Of a stretch of 61,265 bases of DNA, positions 1 to 9,238 are shown piece by piece. This DNA is from an uncultured Lentisphaerales bacterium (GTDB taxonomy: Bacteria; Verrucomicrobiota; Kiritimatiellia; RFP12; JAAYLN01): NCBI GenBank assembly GCA_964599645.1, contig CAZRGQ010000005.1, forward strand, positions 1-61,265. Reading direction: 5' to 3'. Position 1 is the first letter of the stretch; each line of letters starts with the position of its first letter. Below the pieces are notes generated by a model, which was given only the letters and a program-made list of their open reading frames with translations, had not been told where the DNA came from and did not search any database. Made by a program: the position numbers and the translations under genes.

Positions 1-86
1 GTACAGGCCGATAGTCCCTTAGGCGCTGCGACCGAGGGGTTTTGCAAGAGCCTCTCTCTACCAGCCATAATGTTTGGAGCAGCAAG

Positions 87-3000
87 ATGGAAAAAATGAA
101 TCGTTTGATCACCGGATTAGGAGTCGCCCTGCTATTGGCGCTCGCACCGCATCTGAAGGCGGTCGACTACTATGTCGCTACCAACGGGGATGACGAGAAC
201 GGCGGCACAACGCCGGAAGCGGCCTTCGCCACGCTCGACAAAGCCGTCGGCGAAGCGGCTGATGGCGATGTCATCTACATCACCAACGGCATCTATCAGG
301 TAACGTCGCCCCCGCTCCTGATCGAAAAGGCGATCACTTTGGAAGGCTATGGCGAGGCCACCAACAGTGTGGTTGTAACCCCCGACGCTCCCTCCTCACC
401 CACCATTCTGATCCTCTCCAATGCTGCGGCCCGGGTGGCGAACATGAGCTTTACGGGTGTTTCGCTTGATTTGGATCTTGATCCTACAGAGGAGAGTCGT
501 GCCGGGGTGGTAGTTGTCCACCTGGGCACATTCGACAACTGTGAGGTGATGCATAACACTACACACGACGCCGGTGGTGTCAGGCAGTTTGGTGGTCTGG
601 TTGTCAACTGCCGTCTCTACAACAACATCGGCAACTGTAACAAGGCCCACTGGATCGGCTGGGGCGGCGGGCTGGCCATCGCGGGCGGCATCGCCTCCAA
701 CTGCGTTGTCTATGGCAACTATGTGCGCTGCGGTGGCGGCGGCGTCCATATCACCGGCGGTTTGGTCGTCGACTGCGTCGTCACCAACAACACCATCGAG
801 CGCCATCTGGGAACGGGCGTCTTTATCAATGGCGGCACCCTGCTCTCATCACGGGTCAGCGCCAACAATCATACCACCTTCGGCTATGTCCCTTACGGAG
901 CTCTGGCCATCATGCGTGGCCTGGCCGATCGTTGTGTCATCAGCGACCACAACCACAACGTCATCGGTAGCGGTGTCGCTTTGGTGAGTACATTCCAAAG
1001 CGTCACGCCTAATGCGGGAGCGCCGGCTCCGGCCCTGCGCAACTCGCTGGTCTATGGCAACATTTCGCCCAACAACGGTGCCGGTGTCCATCTCGCAGGT
1101 GGCACGATTGAATCGTGTACCATTACGCGGAACCGCTCTACTACCGGCGTCGGCTCGGGCGTCGCCCAGAGCGGCGGTGCGATCAGCAACAGCATCATCT
1201 ACGCCAACGGGATCGTGACAGACGAACTTGAGGCCGACAATCTCCAAACCAGCGGCGGCACCATCGACTACTCGCTGGTGGCCCCTCTGCCCGCAGGTGA
1301 GGGCAATATCGTGGCCTGGCCGCTCTTTGTCGATCCGGCGGCCCTGGACTTCCGCCTGCGCCCCGGTTCACCTGCCATCGACGCCGGCAGTGAGCTGGCC
1401 GTCGTGACCAACGACTTCAGCGGCTTGGTCCGTCCGCAGGGGAGCGCCCACGATATCGGCGCACATGAATATCAACCCGCGACAGGCGCCCTGACCTGTG
1501 GTTTCACACTGACGCCCAATAAACTGCATGAGGCCGGTGACGTGACGCTGCAAGGGTATGCCGATGGAGACGACCTCGAGGGCCTCAGCTTCCACTGGGA
1601 CTTTAACAACGATGGCACGATTGATGCCACCGGCGACTCGGCCATCTGGCACATCGACATGGCCGGTGCCTACGACGTGCTGTTGATCGTCAGCAACACG
1701 GCGGGCGAGGCGGCCAGCTATCTGCGTCAGCAGGCGATTCTCTACACCCTGCCGATCGCCTACGTCAGCCCCGATGGCAGCGCCATACCGCCCTACCTTA
1801 CCTGGGAGACGGCGGCCAATGACTTGCAGGATGCCATCAACGCCGTCGAGGCCTCGGAAGAGGCACCCGGCACCGTCTATGTGGCGGCCGGCAGCTACGA
1901 TGTCGCCGATCTCTGGATCACTGTAACACGCCCCGTATCTATCTATGGCGTTGACGGTGCAGAGGTCACCACACTAAAAGCGTGGAATGGAGGAGTCGAC
2001 ATGCCGCGCCGTGTCATGTTGGTCAACCACCCCCAAGCCGTCGTCAGCGGATTCTCAATGATTAACGGCAAGTTAAACACAGATACGAGTGATGGCGCCG
2101 GCCCCGGCGGCTTGCGACTCGTCTCGGGCGTCGTCTCCAACTGCATCATCCGTGATAACTGGGGCTCCGACAACGCCGGTGGTGTTGAAGTCCGCGGCGG
2201 TACACTGGCCAACTGCCTGATCCGCAACAACCAATCACATCGCAGCAATAATGCAAGTGTCGGCAAAGGAGGCGGCATCACCATCTCCGGTGGCGTCGTG
2301 ACCAACTGCATCGTCACCAGCAACAAGGTCTATCTGGAGGGGGCGGGAGTCTATGCCACCGGAGGCACGGTCTGTGATACCGTAATTAGCAATAACTACA
2401 CGGAGGGCAACTCAAGGTATGGTGCCGGCCTCTCACTCAACGGTGCAGCCATCGTCGAACGCTGCATCATCCGCGACAACACCTCACCTTTTGCCGCGGG
2501 CGTCTATCTGCAACACGCTGCGGCTATCCTGCGCAACTCTCTGGTAGTCAATAACGAGGCGCTGGATGAGGGTGGCGGCCTCTATCTCAAAAATGGTCTG
2601 GTCGACTTCTGTACCATCGTCGGCAACTTCTCCGGCAATCTCAAGGGAGGCGGCCTCTATCAGAGCGGCGGTACAGTACAAAACTCGATTATCTACGGTA
2701 ACGGTGGTAATCTGGCCACCGACCCCCTGGCCAACATCAACCAAACAGGTGGCACCTTCCAATACAGCCTGACACTACCAGCCGTCGCCGGCAGCGGCAA
2801 CCTGGCTACCGATCCCCTCTTCATGGCACCGGAGAGTGGCGACTACACCCTGGCCCCCGGCTCAGCAGCCATCGATAGCGCCAACGACACGGCCGGCGTG
2901 AGTGACGATCTAAACGGCGCCCTACGCCCGCAAGATGGCGCTGGCGCTGGTGTTGCCGCCCCCGACATGGGCTGTTACGAAGCCGCCGCTGCCGCCACAG

Positions 3001-4544
3001 GAGCACTGCGTTGCGCCTACAACGTCTCCCCTGTTTCAGGGGTTGCCGAAGTCGAAGCCACCTTTACCGCCCATGTCGCCGGTGAAGGTTACGACGGCGA
3101 GGTTACCTACTCTTGGGACTTCAACAACGATGGTGTTGCCGATCTGGCTGGCGTCGGTCCGGCCTATGCCACCACCAGTCAGCTCTTCGACAGCTACGGT
3201 TACCATACCGTCACACTCACCGTCTATGCCGACGGCAAGAGCGCCAGCTTTACGATTCCCAATACCATCGCCGTCGGTAGCGCCACAGCCTACGTCAGTG
3301 AAGAGGGGGACTCCATCTGGCCCTATGCCACCTGGCAGACAGCCGCCACAAACATTCTCGACGCCATCAACAGCCTGATACTGGCAGAGGGTGTGCGCTC
3401 CGAGGTCATCGTGGCCGACGGCACCTATCCGATCAACGACTTCTGGGCGATCATAACAGCCCCGCTCACGATACGCAGCGTCAATGGCCCCGAAAAAACC
3501 ACTCTCAAGGCAGCCAACCCCGGCCAGGCCAATTGGCGGCGTATTATGTACGTCAACCACCCCGACGCCCTGATTAGCGGTTTCACCATGCGCGATGGCA
3601 GCGTTTTGAACAATACGGCCGACAACGCCGGGCCGGGTGCCTTGCGCCTCTTGGCCGGCACCGTCTCCAACTGTGTGATCCGCAGCAATATCGGTGCCGA
3701 CAATTCAGGCGGCGTCGAGCTGGGTGGCGGCCTCTTGACGCATTCGATAATCGACAACAACCAAGCCTACCGCGGCAATAATCCCAGTGTCGGAATGGGT
3801 GGCGGCGTCTGGGTCTACGGTGGACTGTTGAGCCACTGCATTGTTACCAACAACTTAGCAAATGGGAATCCAACCACTGCTGCAGGCGGCGGCGTGCGCC
3901 TGACCGGTGGCAAGATCGAACACTGCTATATTGCCAACAATATGGGTGGCGGCCAAAACCACACCGGCAAACATGGTGGCGGGCTCTACCAAACCGCCGG
4001 TGAGGCGGCCTACTGCACGATCGCCAACAACGCTGCCCGTGGTGATGGCGCCGGCGCCTTCGTCACCGGTGGCCGCCTCCACAACAGCCTGATCGTGGGC
4101 AACACCTCACAGACCAGCGGCACGGGACACGGTCTGGTGCTCAACGGTGCCGCCGCCCGGTTGGAGAACCTGACGATCGTCGACAACGCTTACGGGAGCG
4201 CCGGCAGTGGTGTAGATATCCGCAACGGTTTCGTCACCAACTGCATCGCCTGGTACAACGCCACGGTCGACCTGCAGCAGAGCGGTAGAAAGATCGGCTA
4301 CTCCTGCTGGAGCGAGGCTCCCGCGACCGACCATAATATCAGCGCCGAGCCGCTCTTTGCCGACCGTGACAACGGCAACTATCGCCTTGCGGCCGACTCC
4401 CCCTGCATCGACGCCGGTACCAAGTATATTTGGGGTCCGGAGGATGTCGATCTCGACGGCAACCCGCGCCTCCGTTTCCGCTCCTGCGATATCGGAGCCT
4501 ACGAGCGCAACGCCGGCAACGAGACCATCTTAATCCTGCGCTGA
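87..4544 (+). CDS. Large secreted protein: three right-handed beta-helix (pectin-lyase-like, choice-of-anchor-Q-type) modules separated by two PKD domains
   Basis: ORF 42..4544; likely start ATG 87 or 96, followed by a signal peptide (MNRLITGLGVALLLALAPHLKA). Three modules begin YYVATNG/AYVSPDG/AYVSEEG, contain GG/NC-rich repeats and end DIGAHEY/DMGCYE/DIGAYE. PKD-like WDFNNDG motif occurs twice. Confidence 0.8.
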   Translation: MEKMNRLITGLGVALLLALAPHLKAVDYYVATNGDDENGGTTPEAAFATLDKAVGEAADGDVIYITNGIYQVTSPPLLIEKAITLEGYGEATNSVVVTPDAPSSPTILILSNAAARVANMSFTGVSLDLDLDPTEESRAGVVVVHLGTFDNCEVMHNTTHDAGGVRQFGGLVVNCRLYNNIGNCNKAHWIGWGGGLAIAGGIASNCVVYGNYVRCGGGGVHITGGLVVDCVVTNNTIERHLGTGVFINGGTLLSSRVSANNHTTFGYVPYGALAIMRGLADRCVISDHNHNVIGSGVALVSTFQSVTPNAGAPAPALRNSLVYGNISPNNGAGVHLAGGTIESCTITRNRSTTGVGSGVAQSGGAISNSIIYANGIVTDELEADNLQTSGGTIDYSLVAPLPAGEGNIVAWPLFVDPAALDFRLRPGSPAIDAGSELAVVTNDFSGLVRPQGSAHDIGAHEYQPATGALTCGFTLTPNKLHEAGDVTLQGYADGDDLEGLSFHWDFNNDGTIDATGDSAIWHIDMAGAYDVLLIVSNTAGEAASYLRQQAILYTLPIAYVSPDGSAIPPYLTWETAANDLQDAINAVEASEEAPGTVYVAAGSYDVADLWITVTRPVSIYGVDGAEVTTLKAWNGGVDMPRRVMLVNHPQAVVSGFSMINGKLNTDTSDGAGPGGLRLVSGVVSNCIIRDNWGSDNAGGVEVRGGTLANCLIRNNQSHRSNNASVGKGGGITISGGVVTNCIVTSNKVYLEGAGVYATGGTVCDTVISNNYTEGNSRYGAGLSLNGAAIVERCIIRDNTSPFAAGVYLQHAAAILRNSLVVNNEALDEGGGLYLKNGLVDFCTIVGNFSGNLKGGGLYQSGGTVQNSIIYGNGGNLATDPLANINQTGGTFQYSLTLPAVAGSGNLATDPLFMAPESGDYTLAPGSAAIDSANDTAGVSDDLNGALRPQDGAGAGVAAPDMGCYEAAAAATGALRCAYNVSPVSGVAEVEATFTAHVAGEGYDGEVTYSWDFNNDGVADLAGVGPAYATTSQLFDSYGYHTVTLTVYADGKSASFTIPNTIAVGSATAYVSEEGDSIWPYATWQTAATNILDAINSLILAEGVRSEVIVADGTYPINDFWAIITAPLTIRSVNGPEKTTLKAANPGQANWRRIMYVNHPDALISGFTMRDGSVLNNTADNAGPGALRLLAGTVSNCVIRSNIGADNSGGVELGGGLLTHSIIDNNQAYRGNNPSVGMGGGVWVYGGLLSHCIVTNNLANGNPTTAAGGGVRLTGGKIEHCYIANNMGGGQNHTGKHGGGLYQTAGEAAYCTIANNAARGDGAGAFVTGGRLHNSLIVGNTSQTSGTGHGLVLNGAAARLENLTIVDNAYGSAGSGVDIRNGFVTNCIAWYNATVDLQQSGRKIGYSCWSEAPATDHNISAEPLFADRDNGNYRLAADSPCIDAGTKYIWGPEDVDLDGNPRLRFRSCDIGAYERNAGNETILILR

Positions 4545-4545
4545 C

Positions 4546-7377
4546 CTACCCAAACTGCCGCAGAAAACGCCCCGTATGTGAGCGCCGACACTCGGCGACC
4601 TCCTCCGGTGTGCCGGCGACCACCAGTTGGCCGCCGGCATCGCCGCCTTCGGGGCCGAGATCGATGATATAGTCGGCAGCACGGATGATATCGAGGTTGT
4701 GTTCGATCACCACGATACTGTTGCCGGCGTCGCGCAGACGCAGCAGGACATCGAGCAGTTTGTCGACATCGGCAAAGTGTAAGCCAGTAGTCGGCTCATC
4801 AAGCAGGTAGAGGGTGCGTCCGGTGGCGGGGCGGCTCAGTTCGGTGGCCAGCTTGATCCGTTGCGCCTCGCCACCGGAGAGCGTGGTGGCCGGCTGGCCC
4901 AACTGCAGGTAGCCGAGCCCCACCTCGGCCAGAGTGCGCAGCTTGGTGGCCACGGCACGCACCGGCTCAAAGATGGGCAGCGCCTCATCAACCGTCATCT
5001 TTAAGATGTCAGAGATCGTCTGGCCGGCATAGCGCACCTGCAGCGTCTCGCGATTGTAACGCAGCCCGCCACACTGTTCGCAGGTGACGTAGACATCGGG
5101 CAGGAAGTGCATCTCCATCTTGATGGAGCCGTCGCCCTTGCAACTCTCGCAGCGGCCACCCTTAACGTTAAAACTGAAACGCCCCGGCTTGTAGCCCCGC
5201 ATCTTGGCGGCCGGAGTGGCAGCGAAGAGTGTGCGGATCGGCGTGAAGGCGTCGGTGTAGGTGGCAGGATTGCTGCGCGGGGTACGCCCGATCGGACTCT
5301 GGTCGATCTCGATCACCTTGTCGAGCAGCTCACTGCCCTCGATTTTGGTGAAGAGTCCGGGGCGCTCCTTGGCACCGTGAAACTCGCGCGCCAGATGCTT
5401 GCGCAAGATTTCGTCGACCAGCGTGCTCTTGCCGGAGCCCGAGACGCCGGTGACACAAACAAAACAGCCGAGAGGTATCTTGACGTCGATGTTGCGCAGG
5501 TTGTTGGCCCTGGCCCCCTTGATCGTCAGCCACTGGTCATTTGGTGCCACACGCTCTACCCGGGCGCCGATGCGCTTCTTGCCGGTCAGATAGTCCGCAG
5601 TCAGCGAGCCCTTCTGGCGCAAGAGCCCTTTGCAATCGCCTTGATAGACCAGTTCACCACCGAGCCGTCCGGCGCCCGGCCCGAGGTCGATAATGTGGTC
5701 AGCCGTTCTGATCATCGTCTCATCGTGCTCCACGATCACCACGGTATTGCCACGTGCCTGGAGCTGGCGTAGCATCGCAATCAGACGCTCATTGTCGCGC
5801 GGATGGAGGCCGATGGTCGGCTCATCCATCACATAGAGCACCCCCACCAGACCTGATCCGATCTGGGTTGCCAGACGAATACGCTGCATCTCGCCACCCG
5901 AAAGGGTGGCGCTCTCGCGGTTGAGGGTCAGATAGTCGAGCCCCACATCGACCAGCACTTGCAGACGACGCCGAATCTCCTTCAACACCTCAGCCGCAAT
6001 CTTCTGCTCCTGCGGCGAGAGTTGCAGTTCATCAAAAAATTGGCAGGCAGCCCGTACCGTCATCTCCATCACCGCCACGATTGAAGCGCCACCGACTGTG
6101 ACGGCCCGCGGCTCGGGACGCAGGCGTGCCCCTTTGCAGTCGGGGCAGCGCTCCATCGTCATATATTGCCGCATACGCTCGCGCACCTCTTCGATCTCCG
6201 TCTCGGTATATTGGCGGTGCAGCGCCGGCAAGACCCCCTCAAACGGTTTCAAATGTTTGCGGGTGGTGCCGCGCATGCGGAAGCGGATCTCGATCGCCTC
6301 AGCACCGGTCCCGTGCATCAGAATCTGGCGCGCCCCGGCCGGCAACTCGCCATAGGGAGTCTGCATATCGATATTGCAGGCGCGGGCCACTTCACGCAGC
6401 AGGTGGCGATGGTAGAGAACCACACGATAGCCGCCACGCCGCCAGGCGTGAATGGCGCCATCGGCCAGCGAGAGGCTCTTGTCGGGCACCACCAGCTCCT
6501 CATCAAAGATGAGCTGCGAGCCGAGGCCGGCGCAGGTGGGGCAGGCCCCCTGCGGACTGTTGAAGGAGAAGTGGCGTGGCTTGAGATCTTCGAAACTCAA
6601 CTGGCAGTGGGGACAGGCATTACGCTCAGAAAAGAGCGTCTCGGCCTCGTCCCCATCAGGCGCCTGCGTCAGAGCCAGCAGGACTCCCCCACCCCGCTTG
6701 AGCGCCAACTCCACGGAGTCGGTCAGGCGAGTAGCCCCCTCCGGGTCGATCACAATCCGGTCCACCACCACCTCGATGCTGTGCATCCGCCTGCGATCCA
6801 GCTCCGGCACCTCATCCAAATCAAAAATTTTGCCATCCACCCGCGCCCGGACAAAGCCTTCACGCCGCAGCTCTTCAAAGACCTCCTGGTGTCCCCCTTT
6901 GCGCCCCCGCACCAGCGGCGCCAGCAGCGTCAGGCGGGTACGCGCCGGACGCTGCAACAGTTGGTCGACGATCTGCTCGGCGCTCTGCCGTTCAACTGGA
7001 CGCCGGCATGTCGGGCAGTGCGGCTGCCCGATGTTGCCATAGAGCAGACGCAGATAGTCGTGAATCTCGGTTGTAGTGGCGACAACTGAGCGAGGATTGC
7101 TTCCGGCCGTACGTTGTTCGATGGCGATGGCCGGTGAGAGCCCCACGATCTTCTCAACGTCAGGCTTCTCCAACTGTCCCAGAAATTGGCGGGCATAGGC
7201 CGAGAGGCTCTCGACATAGCGTCGCTGCCCCTCGGCATAGAGAGTGTCGAACGCAAGGGAAGATTTGCCGGAACCGCTCAGCCCTGTTACCACCACCAGC
7301 TTGTTGCGTGGAATCCGGACATCGATGTTCTTGAGGTTGTGTTCACGAGCCCCGAAAATTAAAATGTCGTCTTGCAT
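4546..7377 (-). CDS. uvrA: Excinuclease ABC subunit A
   Basis: [12 protein letters not shown] start, two Walker A motifs ([18 protein letters not shown]), LSGGE signatures, zinc-finger cysteines, 943 aa. Confidence 0.99.
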   Translation of the reverse strand: MQDDILIFGAREHNLKNIDVRIPRNKLVVVTGLSGSGKSSLAFDTLYAEGQRRYVESLSAYARQFLGQLEKPDVEKIVGLSPAIAIEQRTAGSNPRSVVATTTEIHDYLRLLYGNIGQPHCPTCRRPVERQSAEQIVDQLLQRPARTRLTLLAPLVRGRKGGHQEVFEELRREGFVRARVDGKIFDLDEVPELDRRRMHSIEVVVDRIVIDPEGATRLTDSVELALKRGGGVLLALTQAPDGDEAETLFSERNACPHCQLSFEDLKPRHFSFNSPQGACPTCAGLGSQLIFDEELVVPDKSLSLADGAIHAWRRGGYRVVLYHRHLLREVARACNIDMQTPYGELPAGARQILMHGTGAEAIEIRFRMRGTTRKHLKPFEGVLPALHRQYTETEIEEVRERMRQYMTMERCPDCKGARLRPEPRAVTVGGASIVAVMEMTVRAACQFFDELQLSPQEQKIAAEVLKEIRRRLQVLVDVGLDYLTLNRESATLSGGEMQRIRLATQIGSGLVGVLYVMDEPTIGLHPRDNERLIAMLRQLQARGNTVVIVEHDETMIRTADHIIDLGPGAGRLGGELVYQGDCKGLLRQKGSLTADYLTGKKRIGARVERVAPNDQWLTIKGARANNLRNIDVKIPLGCFVCVTGVSGSGKSTLVDEILRKHLAREFHGAKERPGLFTKIEGSELLDKVIEIDQSPIGRTPRSNPATYTDAFTPIRTLFAATPAAKMRGYKPGRFSFNVKGGRCESCKGDGSIKMEMHFLPDVYVTCEQCGGLRYNRETLQVRYAGQTISDILKMTVDEALPIFEPVRAVATKLRTLAEVGLGYLQLGQPATTLSGGEAQRIKLATELSRPATGRTLYLLDEPTTGLHFADVDKLLDVLLRLRDAGNSIVVIEHNLDIIRAADYIIDLGPEGGDAGGQLVVAGTPEEVAECRRSHTGRFLRQFG

Positions 7378-7447
7378 TGATCTGCCATTTTAACAAACTA
7401 TTACCACATTTTCGAGTCGGAAGAGGAGCCGGTGGGTAAGCAACAAA

Positions 7448-7493
7448 GACAGCAAAGGACAGACAGCAAGAGACAGCAAGGGACAGACAGCAA
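7448..7493 (+). repeat. Four copies of GACAGCAA in a degenerate tandem array
   Basis: Copies at 7448, 7462, 7472 and 7486. Confidence 0.7.
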
Positions 7494-7513
7494 GGGATAG
7501 AGAATAGGATACA

Positions 7514-7605
7514 CGTCAGCCCACCGGATCGCCGGGCTCCGTACCGGCAGTAGCGCGTCAGCCCACCGGACCGCCGGGCTCCGTACCGGCAGCAGCGCGT
7601 CAGCC
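7514..7605 (+). repeat. 42-bp tandem direct repeat (2 copies plus an 8-bp partial)
   Basis: cgtcagcccaccggatcgccgggctccgtaccggcagtagcg (7514-7555) and cgtcagcccaccggaccgccgggctccgtaccggcagcagcg (7556-7597), 2 mismatches, then cgtcagcc. Confidence 0.9.
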
Positions 7606-7620
7606 TCGGTGTACGCAGGC

Positions 7621-7763
7621 GTTTAAGCGGAAGCGTTTAAGTGTGCCGTTTAAGATGGAGTTTAAGTGTGGGTTTAAGTGTGGGTTTAAGCGTTTGCTTT
7701 CGCCTTAAACGGCCCTCTTAAACCTCCTGACTTAAACTTTACTCTTAAACGGCTGCCTTAAAC
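7621..7763. repeat. Oppositely oriented heptamer arrays: 6x GTTTAAG followed by 5x CTTAAAC
   Basis: GTTTAAG at 7621, 7635, 7648, 7660, 7672, 7684; reverse complement CTTAAAC at 7704, 7717, 7731, 7744, 7757; period 12-14 bp. Confidence 0.9.
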
Positions 7764-7787
7764 AGGGCGTGGCGCGTAAGAGTATCG

Positions 7788-7816
7788 TTGCGGGATGGGG
7801 CGCAATCGACTATATT
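7788..7816 (+). promoter_or_regulatory. Putative sigma70 promoter for a leaderless der transcript
   Basis: TTGCGG (7788-93), 17 bp, TATATT (7811-16); ATG at 7823 lies 6 nt downstream with no Shine-Dalgarno. Confidence 0.55.
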
Positions 7817-7822
7817 TAAACC

Positions 7823-9226
7823 ATGCCCAACCACGAGACAGCCCCGGCCGCAGCCGCCGCCCCTGAAGCTCCACCACCACGCCAGCGCATGGTGGCGATC
7901 GTTGGACGACCCAACGTCGGCAAATCGGCCCTCTTCAACCGTATCGCCGGTGCCCGGATTGCCATCGTCCACGATGAGAGCGGCGTCACACGCGACCGCC
8001 TGATCCGTGAAGTCCCCTGGTCGCCGGCCCCCTTCGACCTGATCGACACCGGCGGGGTGCGGCTGCCGCCCGGTGCCACCACATCCGACCAGATCGAGAC
8101 CGGCATCGTGGAACAGGTGGAGAGCGCCCTGACCGATGCCGCCGTGGCCATCCTCGTCGTCGACGTCCAGATCGGCCTCCATCCGCTCGATGCCGAGGTC
8201 GCCAACCGCCTGCGGCGTACCGGCATACCCTGCTATGTGGCGGTCAACAAGTGCGATGCCGAGCAACACGATCTCGGAGCGCACGACTTCGCCACCCTCG
8301 GGCTGCCCCTCTTCCCCGTCTCGGCGCTCCATGATCGTGGTATCAAACCACTGCTCAAGTCCGTTACTGCCGAACTGCCGCCAGCCGCCGAGCCCACCGA
8401 CCAGACGCCACTCAAGGTGGCGGTAGTGGGACGCCCCAACGCCGGCAAGTCGTCGTATATCAACCGTCTGCTGCGTCAGCCGCGTGTGATTGTCTCTGAA
8501 GTGGCCGGCACCACGCGCGATAGCATCACCATCCCCTTCACCAACGGCAGCGGTGAGGCCGCCCGCCACTACCACCTGATCGACACCGCCGGCATGCGCC
8601 ACCTGCGTCGCATTGACAACGCTGTCGAACGCTACAGCCTGATCCGGGCGGAGAAATCGATATCCGAAGCCGACGTTGTCCTGCTGCTGCTCGATGCCAC
8701 CACCGGGCCGACAATGCAGGACAAACAGATTGCGGCCAAGATACAGAAGGCCCAGAAGGGGTGTCTGCTGCTCGTCAACAAGTGGGACCTAGCGATGGAG
8801 GAGGGCATTACCCAGACACGCTATGAGCCGGCGCTGCGTGAGGCCATGCCTTTTCTTGACTTTTGTCCGCTACTCTTCGTCTCTGCCGCCAGCGGCTACA
8901 ACATCCGCCGCAGCCTCGATGCCATCGATCTGGTAGCCGGTGAGGTGCGCCGCACACTCCCGACTGGGCCACTCAACCGCGCATTGGCCAACGCCATGGC
9001 GGCGATCAACCCGCCGAGTCGCGGACGGCGACGTCTTAAAATCTACTACGCCACCCAGACCGGTACAGCACCGATTGAAATCCGTATCTTTGTCAACGAC
9101 ACCTCGCTGGCCGGCAGCAACTTCACCAGCTACCTGATCCGCTGCCTGCGCTCCAACTTCGGTCTGGAGGGAGCCCCGGTTACCATCCGCTACCGCTCGC
9201 GTGACCGCAGCAAGCAGGATAATTGA
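7823..9226 (+). CDS. der: Ribosome biogenesis GTPase Der (EngA)
   Basis: Two tandem GTPase domains (GRPNVGKS, DTGG, NKCD; GRPNAGKS, DTAG, NKWD) and a KH-like C-terminus. Confidence 0.98.
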   Translation: MPNHETAPAAAAAPEAPPPRQRMVAIVGRPNVGKSALFNRIAGARIAIVHDESGVTRDRLIREVPWSPAPFDLIDTGGVRLPPGATTSDQIETGIVEQVESALTDAAVAILVVDVQIGLHPLDAEVANRLRRTGIPCYVAVNKCDAEQHDLGAHDFATLGLPLFPVSALHDRGIKPLLKSVTAELPPAAEPTDQTPLKVAVVGRPNAGKSSYINRLLRQPRVIVSEVAGTTRDSITIPFTNGSGEAARHYHLIDTAGMRHLRRIDNAVERYSLIRAEKSISEADVVLLLLDATTGPTMQDKQIAAKIQKAQKGCLLLVNKWDLAMEEGITQTRYEPALREAMPFLDFCPLLFVSAASGYNIRRSLDAIDLVAGEVRRTLPTGPLNRALANAMAAINPPSRGRRRLKIYYATQTGTAPIEIRIFVNDTSLAGSNFTSYLIRCLRSNFGLEGAPVTIRYRSRDRSKQDN

Positions 9227-9238
9227 ATCTTGGGAGGA

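Noticed and set aside
5107-7089. Long antisense ORFs opposite uvrA (and similar ones opposite cimA, der, hisD, PMM, IrrE and prmC)
   Set aside because: These are shadow ORFs expected from high-GC codon bias, with no recognisable motifs.
7514-7605. Possible mini-CRISPR array
   Set aside because: The repeats are directly adjacent with no unique spacers, and no cas genes are present.
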